Assembly: GCA_963674755.2 (NCBI GenBank)
Contig: CAXXVS010000003.1
Span: forward strand, 32,001 to 96,000
Origin: Desulfobacterales bacterium
Lineage (GTDB): Bacteria; Desulfobacterota; Desulfobacteria; Desulfobacterales; UBA5852
Direction: 5' to 3'
Length of the DNA stretch: 64,000 bases
The position numbers and the translations under genes are program-made. This document shows, one piece after another, positions 10,246 through 18,846 of the stretch. The first letter of the stretch is position 1. Each line of letters begins with the position of its first letter. The notes beneath the pieces were generated by a model, which had not been told where the DNA came from, did no database searches, and saw nothing but the letters and a program-made list of their open reading frames with translations.

Positions 10246-10739
10246 TTAAGGATCGAAGGTCAATTCGTCCGGCCACTCCCGTAAATGGTCGTCGGAGACA
10301 TCCTTGCGGCAGGCATCGACCACGTAGCGGTCGTCATGAAATCGGCGGGGGATTGGAGTCCTGCACCGGGCGCCGCCACGATGCCGAACATGCGAAAATC
10401 GGGGTGGGTGTGAAAAACCGTGGTGACGATCCTGAGGTCCTGGCCCGCGCGGATCAGGAGGAGCGTGTTCAGGATGTCGCTGAAATAGCCGTCCAGCTGG
10501 CCGGCTTGCAGGGCGGCATCCCGCTCCAGGGCGCGCTGGAAGGTTACCAGCTCAACGGTCAGGCCTGCCTTCGCAAACAGCCCCTCGGTCTCGCCCACTA
10601 GAAGCGGCAGGGTGTCCACCACAGGCAGAATCCCCAGCTTCAATGGTTCCTGAGCCCGGGCCGGAAGCGCCCCGATAGAAAGAATCGTGACCAGCACGCC
10701 AAACATGCCGCACCACAAGCGGCCATGTTTACGCTTCAT
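10246..10739 (-). pseudogene. Truncated NitT/TauT-type ABC substrate-binding protein joined to an unrelated 3' remnant
   Basis: Signal peptide, LKLGILPVVDTLPLLV, ERDAALQAGQLDG; similarity ends near 10340 (about 135 aa); no permease or ATPase follows. Confidence 0.7.
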
Positions 10740-10831
10740 CAGACCTCCGGAGATGACATCGCTTCAGGTTCGGCGGCATCGTGTCCAGCTGGGGGACAGA
10801 TTCACCCCCGCCGGGACACAGCCGATGGGGC

Positions 10832-10869
10832 AGGGTAAGGAAAGGCGTCCGGGAAGTCAATTAAATTGA
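10832..10869 (-). promoter_or_regulatory. sigma70-like promoter with overlapping AT-rich palindrome
   Basis: TTGACT(10860-10855)-N17-TACCCT(10837-10832); TCAAT-TAA-ATTGA palindrome at 10857-10869. Confidence 0.5.
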
Positions 10870-10875
10870 TTATTA

Positions 10876-11169
10876 TCAATGCCTTGAAACGTCTGACGGG
10901 GATGATGAACCACCCGTTTCCGACCCCCAAAAGCCGAAACGGCGCAGGTTGCGCCGGATCGCGTCCCACTGCATATATAGGTGGACGCCCAGAAAGGTCA
11001 CAAAGCCCAGGGCAGCCGCCTCATGGATCCAGCGCATGAAGTGGCGCAGGGATCGCAATGTCGGACCGGCCGGCAGCAGCCAGTTGATCAGGCCGGTGAC
11101 GGCCAGCACCGCGATCGTCAGCATCAATAAAACCTGGGCCCGCCAGCGGGCGTGTCGTGAAATTGCCAT
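10876..11169 (-). CDS. Small membrane protein, DUF4405-like (His-containing, cytochrome b-like)
   Basis: Two hydrophobic helices, AVTGLINW, WIHEAAA and VHLYMQW motifs; GGAGA RBS. Confidence 0.65.
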   Translation of the reverse strand: MAISRHARWRAQVLLMLTIAVLAVTGLINWLLPAGPTLRSLRHFMRWIHEAAALGFVTFLGVHLYMQWDAIRRNLRRFGFWGSETGGSSSPSDVSRH

Positions 11170-11335
11170 CGAAGGATTTCTCCATGGGGGACGATCATCA
11201 GTTGTCTACCGGCCGGACGATTGCAGGGTCACACGCGGCTGTCCGGCCGGCGTTTCCCGGGTCACCGTATAAAAGCGGCGCTCGATCTGCGGAATGCCCC
11301 CTTCTATCCGTATTGAAGGCCGGCCGCTGCCCGGT

Positions 11336-12433
11336 TCAGCTCATCACCATGTTGAACAGGTAGCCTACGATGAGGATGCCTGTGGCCACGACGGCGATGA
11401 AGACGCCGATCAGCCGGGGCTTGAGCACCTTGCGCAAAATCACCATTTCGGGCAGCGATAGCGCGATCACCGACATCATGAAAGCCAGGGTCGATCCCAG
11501 GGCGGCGCCTTTGCCGAGCAGGGCTTCCACCACCGGTATGATGCCGGCCGCGTTGGAATACATGGGCACCCCCAGAACCACCGCCAGGGGCACGGCCCAC
11601 CAGTCGCCCCGGCCCATGACCGAGGCCATGAATCCTTCCGGCACAAAGCCGTGGATGCCGGCGCCGATGGCAATGCCCAGGAGGATATACTTCCACACCC
11701 GGCCGATGATTTCCACCACCGCATCTTTGCCGTAGACCATTCGATCCCGCAGGGTCATGCGGGTTTCCACCGGAGCCTGGTCCGCGGCCGTCATCTGCTG
11801 CACCCAGTCTTCGACGTACCCTTCCAGATGCAGGCGCCCGATCACCCATCCGGCGACGATGGCGATGGCCAACCCGGTTGCGGCGTAAAGCGCCGCCACC
11901 TGCCAGCCCACCAGGCCGTAAAGCAGCCCCAGGGCGATTTCATTGACCATAGGGGCGGCGATTAGGAAAGAGAAGGTGACCCCCAGGGGAACGCCCGCCG
12001 TCACGAACCCGATGAACAGGGGCACGGCCGAGCAGGAGCAAAAGGGGGTCACGATGCCCAGCAGGGCCGCCAGCACGTTGCCCACCAGCAGGCTGCGACC
12101 AGCCAGTAGCGCCCGGGTGCGCTCGGGCGAAAAATAGCTGCGGATCACGCCCACGCCGAACACCACCAGTACCAGGAGCATCATGACCTTGGGCGTGTCA
12201 TAGAGCAAAAACTCAACCGATGCCCCCAGGTGTGAGCCCGGCGCGATGGGCAGCAGGCGATAGGTAAGGAATTTGGAAAATGCCGCCAGGTGCGTGTAGA
12301 CCAGCCACCACAGGGCAATGCCCAGCGGTGCGGCCGCGAGCATCATCCAGGCGGGCAAGGGTCGGCGGACGTCACTTCCCGCTGGCCCAGGCGCCTGGCA
12401 GTTGCAGGATATCTCATTCATTGATTTCAACAT
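11336..12433 (-). CDS. ArsP/DUF318-family permease
   Basis: LGIVTPFCSCSAVPLFIG, PMVNEIA, GVPMYSNAAG, ALSLPEMVILRKV. Confidence 0.92.
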   Translation of the reverse strand: MLKSMNEISCNCQAPGPAGSDVRRPLPAWMMLAAAPLGIALWWLVYTHLAAFSKFLTYRLLPIAPGSHLGASVEFLLYDTPKVMMLLVLVVFGVGVIRSYFSPERTRALLAGRSLLVGNVLAALLGIVTPFCSCSAVPLFIGFVTAGVPLGVTFSFLIAAPMVNEIALGLLYGLVGWQVAALYAATGLAIAIVAGWVIGRLHLEGYVEDWVQQMTAADQAPVETRMTLRDRMVYGKDAVVEIIGRVWKYILLGIAIGAGIHGFVPEGFMASVMGRGDWWAVPLAVVLGVPMYSNAAGIIPVVEALLGKGAALGSTLAFMMSVIALSLPEMVILRKVLKPRLIGVFIAVVATGILIVGYLFNMVMS

Positions 12434-12480
12434 ACCAAGACCTCTCTAGAACAACCGTACGACCGACCATCGGGACGGTA

Positions 12481-12711
12481 CTACTTCAACCAGCCGGCGA
12501 CCTCGTCCTTTTTGGGAATTTTGCCGGCGGACTTGACCACCCCGTCCACCAGAACCGCCGGTGTCGACACCACCCCGTGGGCGGCAATCTGCATCATGTC
12601 GGTGACCTTCTCAACGCGGGCGTCGGTACCGGTTTCCGCCACCACTTCCTTCACGACCTTGGCCGTCTTTTCGCACCGGGCACAGCCAGGTCCCAGAATT
12701 TGGATCTCCAT
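12481..12711 (-). CDS. MTH895/TM0996-type thioredoxin/glutaredoxin-like protein
   Basis: ILGPGCARC, GVVSTPAVLVDG; AAGGAGG RBS. Confidence 0.93.
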   Translation of the reverse strand: MEIQILGPGCARCEKTAKVVKEVVAETGTDARVEKVTDMMQIAAHGVVSTPAVLVDGVVKSAGKIPKKDEVAGWLK

Positions 12712-12786
12712 TCGGGTTCCTCCTTTTTGATGGGGCGACCTCCACCAACGAGTTCCAGCCTGCTTGGAACCGAATCAGACGTCGGT

Positions 12787-12814
12787 CGCCATATTGCCAA
12801 TTATCCATATAATG
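12787..12814 (-). promoter_or_regulatory. Second, degenerate ArsR operator-like site
   Basis: Minus strand CATTATATGGATAATTGGCAATATGGCG aligns base for base with the operator CACTATATTGCTAAAAAGGAATATAGTG at the arsR start. Confidence 0.55.
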
Positions 12815-12817
12815 CGT

Positions 12818-13165
12818 CTATGAGCGACGGCATATGTCCTCACGGTTGACAAACGGAAGTTGCGCCACCGCACGGCGGATGTCCGGGTCGTCCTCCAGCC
12901 AGTGGCGCAAATTGCCCAGCAGACTGGCCACAAAGGGGCTGTTGCCGCCGTCGGAAGCGGCATAATTCACCCACAGGCCGTCCTTGCGGGACACCACAAG
13001 TCCGGCTTCTTCAAGTATCTTCAAGTGCTTGGAGACAGTGGGCTGGGCAAGCCCGAGGACGCCCTGGAGTTCGCAGACGCACATGGTGCGGTGCTGCAGC
13101 AATTTGACGATTTTGACCCGGTTGGCATCTGCCAGGGCCTTCATGACCTGGGTGAAGTTTTTCAT
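12818..13165 (-). CDS. arsR: ArsR/SmtB-family transcriptional repressor
   Basis: MKALADANRVKIV, MCVCEL, AQPTVSKHLKILEEAGLV, RKDGLWVNY. Confidence 0.92.
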   Translation of the reverse strand: MKNFTQVMKALADANRVKIVKLLQHRTMCVCELQGVLGLAQPTVSKHLKILEEAGLVVSRKDGLWVNYAASDGGNSPFVASLLGNLRHWLEDDPDIRRAVAQLPFVNREDICRRS

Positions 13166-13213
13166 CACTATATTCCTTTTTAGCAATATAGTGATGCCGT
13201 CAGGATATTGTCA
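13163..13213 (-). promoter_or_regulatory. arsR promoter and autoregulatory operator
   Basis: TTGACA-N18-TATATT on minus strand; perfect 12-bp inverted repeat CATCACTATATT-N10-AATATAGTGATG (13163-13196) spanning -10, RBS and ATG. Confidence 0.75.
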
Positions 13214-13384
13214 ACCCTATTTTGGAAATTCAGGTTGCGAAAGGTTGACGGCTTCGTAAACAGTTTACGATCGAGGCTTGCGAATCTTGAGGAATACCGC
13301 TGTCGCTGGGGCCATAGGCCGCCTAACGCTGATCTTCAGTCCCCTTAGGGGAATCGGACTTTTTAAGAAACCCTCAAGGTTGCT

Positions 13385-14656
13385 TCAGGCCAGTTTCAGC
13401 AAACTCTCCCGGCTCACCATACCCCGGAAGCGGCCTTCGGCATCCACCACGGGCAGGCGCTTGAGCCGTTTGTCCACCATGAGCCGGATGGCCTCCTCGA
13501 TGCGGGTGCTCTCCCCCACGATAACCAGATCCGTTTTCATCACCTCGCCGGCCGTCTTCTCCCGCAGGGTCCTGCGCAGCTCCCGGCTGCATTCATGGGG
13601 AGTTTTGAAGTTCAGCCGGCAGCTGAGGTAATCCCAGAACCCCTGACCCTTGCCGCTAAAAGCGGCCAGCAGGTCCCGATCGGAGATCATCCCCAAGAAG
13701 CGCCCCTCCGGCCCCACCACCGCCACCCGCTGAATGTCGTCGGTGTCGATGATGCGGATCACCTCCTCCACCGGCGTTTCCGACCCCACGGTCTGGCTGT
13801 CCCGCCGCATGATGTCCGAGACGTAGCGCAGGTTCTCCACCTGAACGTCCCGCTGCCGGAAGGCCTCCCAGTCCGGGCCTTCCCGGGTGATGGTGCGGAA
13901 CACGTCCACCCGGGAGAGCATGCCGGTCAGCAGTCCGTTTTCATCCACCACCGGCAAACGTTTGACGTCCTTGCGCAGCATGAGGTCCACGGCCTCGGTC
14001 AGCCTTTGGTCCTCCGAGATGACCACGGCCGGCCGGGTCATGACCGCCTCGGCCTGCTTGCCGGTCAAGGCTTCCAAGGCGCTGTCCTTGTGGCCGGGTG
14101 CCGCCTCGGCCAGGAGGCCCAGGCGCAGGGGCAGGCCGGCCCGGTAGACCAAATCCCCCTGGGTGACGATGCCCAGGGGACGGCCGGCCCGGTCCACCAC
14201 CGGTACACTCGTGAAGGTGACGGTCAACAGCAGGCGGACCACCTCCTGCACCGGGGTTTCGGGTGTTATCCGCTGGGGGTCGGGAGTCATGATGTCCCGC
14301 ACCTTGATCTGCCGGGGGATGAGGTTCTGGCGGGTTTTGTAGGAGCGCACATCCAGCTCGCCCACCGCCACGACGCCGTCGGGCACGAGGTTCTCCAAGG
14401 CTTCCAGGACCGCCTCCGATTCGGCCACCGGCAGGACGATCTCGATCTTGAGCGGCATATTGTAGGAAATGGTCAGGAGGCTCTGGGAGGCGATCTCACC
14501 GCTTTCATAGCAGCCGGCCATGGCCCGGGTAACCACGCAGCGGGCCGCGATCTTGAGGCTCTTGACGTAGTCCACCACGGCCTCCAGCAGGGGCCGACCC
14601 TGGCTGCGGACTTCCTCCGCCGTATAGATGGTGATCAGGCGATAGTTCATGGCCAT
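13385..14656 (-). CDS. DUF190 (PII-like) domain fused to four CBS domains
   Basis: N-terminal ITIYTAE...MPLKIEIV (DUF190) followed by repeated IMT/VMT...LPVVD...G.VT/SR.DL CBS units. Confidence 0.88.
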   Translation of the reverse strand: MAMNYRLITIYTAEEVRSQGRPLLEAVVDYVKSLKIAARCVVTRAMAGCYESGEIASQSLLTISYNMPLKIEIVLPVAESEAVLEALENLVPDGVVAVGELDVRSYKTRQNLIPRQIKVRDIMTPDPQRITPETPVQEVVRLLLTVTFTSVPVVDRAGRPLGIVTQGDLVYRAGLPLRLGLLAEAAPGHKDSALEALTGKQAEAVMTRPAVVISEDQRLTEAVDLMLRKDVKRLPVVDENGLLTGMLSRVDVFRTITREGPDWEAFRQRDVQVENLRYVSDIMRRDSQTVGSETPVEEVIRIIDTDDIQRVAVVGPEGRFLGMISDRDLLAAFSGKGQGFWDYLSCRLNFKTPHECSRELRRTLREKTAGEVMKTDLVIVGESTRIEEAIRLMVDKRLKRLPVVDAEGRFRGMVSRESLLKLA

Positions 14657-15057
14657 GTCGCACCTCCTTTGAAGAGGATCTGGACCAGCCGGATGCCGGC
14701 CAGGACCAGACCGATACCGCCGACGTTGTGGGCCACAAAGGCCAGGACGGCCGCACCGAAACCGCCGCCGCGGATGGACTCCACCAGCTCCAGGGCATAG
14801 GTGGAAAAGGTGGTGAAAGCCCCGAGAAAGCCGGTCATGAAAAACAGCCGCACCGGCGGCGTCAGCAGGGGCAGCCGGTCCACCAGGGCGAAGGTGACGC
14901 CGATCACGAAGCAGCCGATCATGTTGGCCGCAAAGGTGCCCCAGTTCAGCCCGGTGCCGAGCAGGCGGATGGCCCCCAACGACACCAGGTAGCGCCCCGC
15001 CGCCCCCAGGCTGCCGCCTGCCATTACCAGCAGAATCTTGAAAAGAAATCCGGACAT
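14647..15057 (-). CDS. crcB: Fluoride channel Fluc/CrcB
   Basis: GGSLGAAGRY, GTFAANMIGCF, TGFLGAFTTFSTY; start ATG 15057. Confidence 0.95.
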   Translation of the reverse strand: MSGFLFKILLVMAGGSLGAAGRYLVSLGAIRLLGTGLNWGTFAANMIGCFVIGVTFALVDRLPLLTPPVRLFFMTGFLGAFTTFSTYALELVESIRGGGFGAAVLAFVAHNVGGIGLVLAGIRLVQILFKGGATWP

Positions 15058-15512
15058 GCCGATCGATTCAACCTTTGGTCCGTCAGGGCGATGGGGCATC
15101 CGAAAAGGCACTGTTTTCCGGCGGCGCACCCTGAACTGAGTGTTTGAGCAGGATCGATTTCCCGCAAGCGATACAATCCTTATTGTTTTTGCATAGTCCA
15201 CATGACTTCTAATTTCAACGCATTAAAAACCTTCTGCTGATAGCAGCCCTCCGCCTGCGTACGCGGCATGAATTCTGCGACGCCTGAAAACTGCCGACAG
15301 ATCGGTGTTGCGTCTGTCCTTTCATAATGATTATAGGTTGGTCCGGCCCGATTAATGATTACCATTGGATGCAAGAATTGAAACAGGGCCACACGAAGAA
15401 GCCGCAAGGGGATCTGATCTATCACCAAATATCGTTGCAGGGCCTGCATGAAGCTGGCGGGGCTGGATAGCAGGCACCTAAATCGAAAAGGACCCACGGG
15501 GAACGCTCGGCG

Positions 15513-16103
15513 ATGCCGTCACACAGCATGCAGTTGCTTGATACTTTGCTGAAAACGATATCGAAGTTGTCTGAGACGCGGCTGAACTATTGGGCAGAGT
15601 TCGCTGTCGATATCCCGTTTGGTGCTATGCTAATCTTTGCAGGTCTGCGGGGTGGTGAACTCGGCCCCATCGCAATTGTTCTAACCATCCTGCTTGGCCT
15701 TGTTTTCTTCAGCATCATCGAATACGCATTTCACCGCTGGCTGTTTCACGGATCAGTGCCGATCGTGGCACAGGGTCACCGCGCGCATCACCAGAATCCG
15801 TTGGGCTACGATTCGTTACCCTTCTTCTTGCCGGCCGTGATGCTGCTGGCGCTCACAGGCGTGCTTGCATTGCTTCTACCCGCTAAGTACGCTTTTCTGC
15901 TGACGGGAACAATTACACTAAGTTACGTTATTTATGGACTGAGTCATTTCACCATCCACCACCATCATTTTCATTATGTCCTTGCTCGAAACTGGGCCGC
16001 CAATCATCACATCCATCACTACCACGCCGATACCAACTTCGGCGTTACAACCCCGCTGTGGGATATAGTGTTTGGCACACGCTATCGGAGAGCATCTCCG
16101 TAA
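15513..16103 (+). CDS. Fatty acid hydroxylase / sterol desaturase family protein
   Basis: His boxes EYAFHRWLFH, HRAHH, HFTIHH, HHIHH; NFGVTTPLWDIVFGT. Confidence 0.9.
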   Translation: MPSHSMQLLDTLLKTISKLSETRLNYWAEFAVDIPFGAMLIFAGLRGGELGPIAIVLTILLGLVFFSIIEYAFHRWLFHGSVPIVAQGHRAHHQNPLGYDSLPFFLPAVMLLALTGVLALLLPAKYAFLLTGTITLSYVIYGLSHFTIHHHHFHYVLARNWAANHHIHHYHADTNFGVTTPLWDIVFGTRYRRASP

Positions 16104-16512
16104 GAATCTTGGGAGGCATAAAAACAGTGACCGCCTATTAGCGATCAGGTCAAGAAAAAATACTTCTCATGCGGGCGTGGGTCAGACCAAATGAAGTATT
16201 TGGGAAAACCAATGGTCAGGTCTTCATTCTCGGCATAATCAAACAGAATAAGAAGCATCGGTTTTGGCGAGCTTTTGTAAAAATTGCGGTAGCGAAGAGA
16301 AAATCATACCCCTCGTCGATTACCTGGTTGAGTTTGATCAGCCGACAACTCTAAACAATCGATTTACGTCATTGCGCACGCGTTATAGCAACAATTCATT
16401 CTTTTTAAACAGACTTGCGCGGGCCTACGATGCCGCAAGGCTTTTTATGACGCAGATCGAAGAGGAGATTGGAGCGTCTGTAGAAAGAATTGTTGCGTCT
16501 CGAGATGACAAT

Positions 16513-16857
16513 TCCTAACATCTATCATCAAACGCCGGGAACAGACGCGTTCGCCCCGTAAATCCGGCCGGCGTGATCCTCGACCCCATGTGGGCCCGTC
16601 CGCTCGGTCGGATAGCACGGTAAATTGCATTAAAGCGCAATTTTCGCCTTCCGCCTTCGGCGGCTCATCCCGGCGTTCGTTCAGGTTGAGGCAGAGGCGA
16701 TTTTAAAAAGTTCTCAAACAATTTTCTGCTTATTTATGACAACTTACCACTTCAAGCGACAGATTATTGCAAAGGATTAATCTACCTGCGAGAGGATTTA
16801 ACCTCGGTATTCAGCGGAGAGCGAGCGCCATGCGCCCGCTGCGACCAGTCGTCACAA
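16513..16857 (+). repeat. Cluster of degenerate integron attC-like sites
   Basis: TCCTAAC (contains the stop of ORF 16264-16518) with ATCAAACGCC/GGCGTGAT arms; GCTCATCCCGGCGTT right-end-like motif; ATTTAAC..CAGCGG..CCGCTG..GTCACAA. Confidence 0.35.
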
Positions 16858-16867
16858 AGTGCCGCCT

Positions 16868-17620
16868 CTATTCCCCCTCCTCGATGGACGTACTGCCCAG
16901 CACAACCCTCCTTTCCATGGCATTGATATTCGTCTGCAGTTCCAGGATCGCCAGGGGGTTTTCATCGGCCAAATAGGCGATGATGGTCCGGTGCAGGATG
17001 GGCGTGCCGTCCGGGATCTGGAGATAACGGGCCGCATAATGGTCGCAGAACCAGGGGCGGGTAATCTGCCGGATCTCCTTTAATTCAACATCCGCTGCGA
17101 CGGTCAGAAGCGGCGCCCGGCGCAGTTTGGAGGACGACACCTGCCGATAGCGCCAGAGGGGAACGAATAGATTTGCCAGGTCCTTGCGCCGCTCGTCTTC
17201 GCTGGAGATCAGCAGAAAATGGGATAGATAGATCCGGCCGTTCTTCAAAATCTCTTGCCGGGTGTCAAAATGGGCCATCACGCGGTTGGGCGGGTCGATG
17301 AATCCGTTCAATAGCATGCGAATTTTCCCGCGCATCAGGCGTTCTCGGATTTCCGTCATGGAAGGGGAAGGGACCCACAGCGCTTTCTGGGGACTTTCCC
17401 GCACGACCGTCCCCGTACGGGGCTTTTTCAAGACCAGCGCTTCCATCTCCAGGAGTTCGAGGGCCTTGCGGATCATGCCATGGCTGATGCCGGTCTGCTC
17501 CGCCAGTTCGTTCAGGGTCGGGATGGGGGATCCCGGGGGACGGTCGCCGGAAATGATCTCCTGCTTCAACTGAAGGTAGAACTGAAAATAAAGGGGGATA
17601 TTGCCTTTTTTAAATGCCAC
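16868..17620 (-). CDS. GntR-family regulator (wHTH plus UTRA-like domain)
   Basis: PLYFQFYLQLKQEIISG...PGSPIPTLNELA...IRKALELL...GTVV; C-terminal AARYLQIPDGTPILHRT. Confidence 0.88.
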   Translation of the reverse strand: MAFKKGNIPLYFQFYLQLKQEIISGDRPPGSPIPTLNELAEQTGISHGMIRKALELLEMEALVLKKPRTGTVVRESPQKALWVPSPSMTEIRERLMRGKIRMLLNGFIDPPNRVMAHFDTRQEILKNGRIYLSHFLLISSEDERRKDLANLFVPLWRYRQVSSSKLRRAPLLTVAADVELKEIRQITRPWFCDHYAARYLQIPDGTPILHRTIIAYLADENPLAILELQTNINAMERRVVLGSTSIEEGE

Positions 17621-17654
17621 GGGAGCTTTTTTGTCCTCGCTGTCATTTTTGGAA

Positions 17655-17718
17655 TTGACAAATTCGCCAAATTTTTACAATTAATGAGGATTAATGTGAT
17701 AATTTTATATCAAAATTA
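17655..17718 (+). promoter_or_regulatory. Divergent promoter region with candidate GntR operator
   Basis: TTGACA at 17655; inverted repeat TAATTTT-N5-AAAATTA (17700-17718); ATTAATG direct repeat at 17680 and 17690. Confidence 0.5.
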
Positions 17719-17732
17719 ATTCAAGAGCGTCA

Positions 17733-18788
17733 ATGAAAACCATGCAGGCCCTAGCGCTGACCCGGATCCCTAACGGGCTCGAACTGGTGGACATGCCGGT
17801 CCCGGAAATCGCCGAAAACGAATTTCTGGTGAAAATGCATGCCTGCTCCCTATGCTATACGGATGTCAAAGCCTGCCAGCACGGCAAACACTTTTACATC
17901 GAGCTTTACGGGCTGCCCTGGGTGCCGGGGCATGAAATGGCCGGTGAGATTGCCGCCGTGGGCCGCCGGGTCAAAGGGTTTTCCGTGGGTCAGCGGGTGG
18001 CCGTGGCCCCTTTCAATCCCTGCGGCACCTGTCCACCCTGCCAACGGCAAAGTTATCGGTTCTGCCACAAGGCACCCGACAGCTTTGTCCAGCCCGGGGG
18101 ATTTGCCGAATATTTCAAGGTTCCGGGAGAGGGTGCGCACCTGCGAACGATTGCCCTGCCCGATGCGGTCAGCTACGAAGAAGCGGCGCTTGCCGAGCCC
18201 GTGGCCTCCTGCCGGCACGCCATCCGCAAGGTCAAGATACCCGACGGGGCCGATGTGGCCGTCATCGGTGCCGGTCCCATGGGGTTGATCCTGATGCAGT
18301 TGGCCAAGGCCGAGGGCGCGGCCAGGGTCTTCATGGTGGATGTCGATGCGCAGCGGCTGGAGCAGGCCCTGGCCTTCGGGGCCGATGAGGTCATCGATGC
18401 CGCCACGGACAACGCCAATCAGGTGCTGCGCCTGAAGACCGGCTTTATGGGAGCGGATGTGGTGATCGAGGCCGTAGGCCGTGCCGAAACCTACCGCCTG
18501 GCGCTTGAAATGGCCCGGGGCGGTGGGGCGGTCAGTTTGTTCGGCGGCATGCCCGGCGGCTCCACGGTGGAAATTCCCTCCGAGCTGCTCCACTACCAGG
18601 AATTGACCATCACCGGCACCTCTTCTTTTTCACCGGAGGACTATCGGGAAGCGATGGCCCTGATCGCGGCCGGCCGCATCGACGTCAAACGGTTGATCAC
18701 GCATCGCTTCGGCAGCCTGGCCGGTGTGCCCGAAGCCGTGGCGCTGAGCCTCGAAAAGCAAGGCTTGAAGAAAGTCGTTCTCCTATGA
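17733..18788 (+). CDS. Zinc-dependent MDR dehydrogenase (L-iditol/sorbitol dehydrogenase-like)
   Basis: CYTD, PGHEMAG, structural CGTCPPC...C, GAGPMG Rossmann motif, LAEPVASC. Confidence 0.92.
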   Translation: MKTMQALALTRIPNGLELVDMPVPEIAENEFLVKMHACSLCYTDVKACQHGKHFYIELYGLPWVPGHEMAGEIAAVGRRVKGFSVGQRVAVAPFNPCGTCPPCQRQSYRFCHKAPDSFVQPGGFAEYFKVPGEGAHLRTIALPDAVSYEEAALAEPVASCRHAIRKVKIPDGADVAVIGAGPMGLILMQLAKAEGAARVFMVDVDAQRLEQALAFGADEVIDAATDNANQVLRLKTGFMGADVVIEAVGRAETYRLALEMARGGGAVSLFGGMPGGSTVEIPSELLHYQELTITGTSSFSPEDYREAMALIAAGRIDVKRLITHRFGSLAGVPEAVALSLEKQGLKKVVLL

Positions 18789-18846
18789 ACACGTTGGGTT
18801 TGAGGACTACAGGCCATATAGGAACACCCCCTGAGGAAGGCCATCG

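Noticed and set aside
10745..10830. TPP riboswitch before the ABC binding protein (GAACCTGA present)
   Set aside because: CTGAGA and the downstream GCG.AGGGA elements are absent.
11336..13165. Selenocysteine recoding in the redox/ars genes
   Set aside because: All catalytic positions are Cys codons, with no in-frame TGA followed by continued homology.
15058..15300. Canonical sense-strand fluoride riboswitch for crcB
   Set aside because: No GATGG...AACCGC...GCTGATG arrangement on the coding strand.
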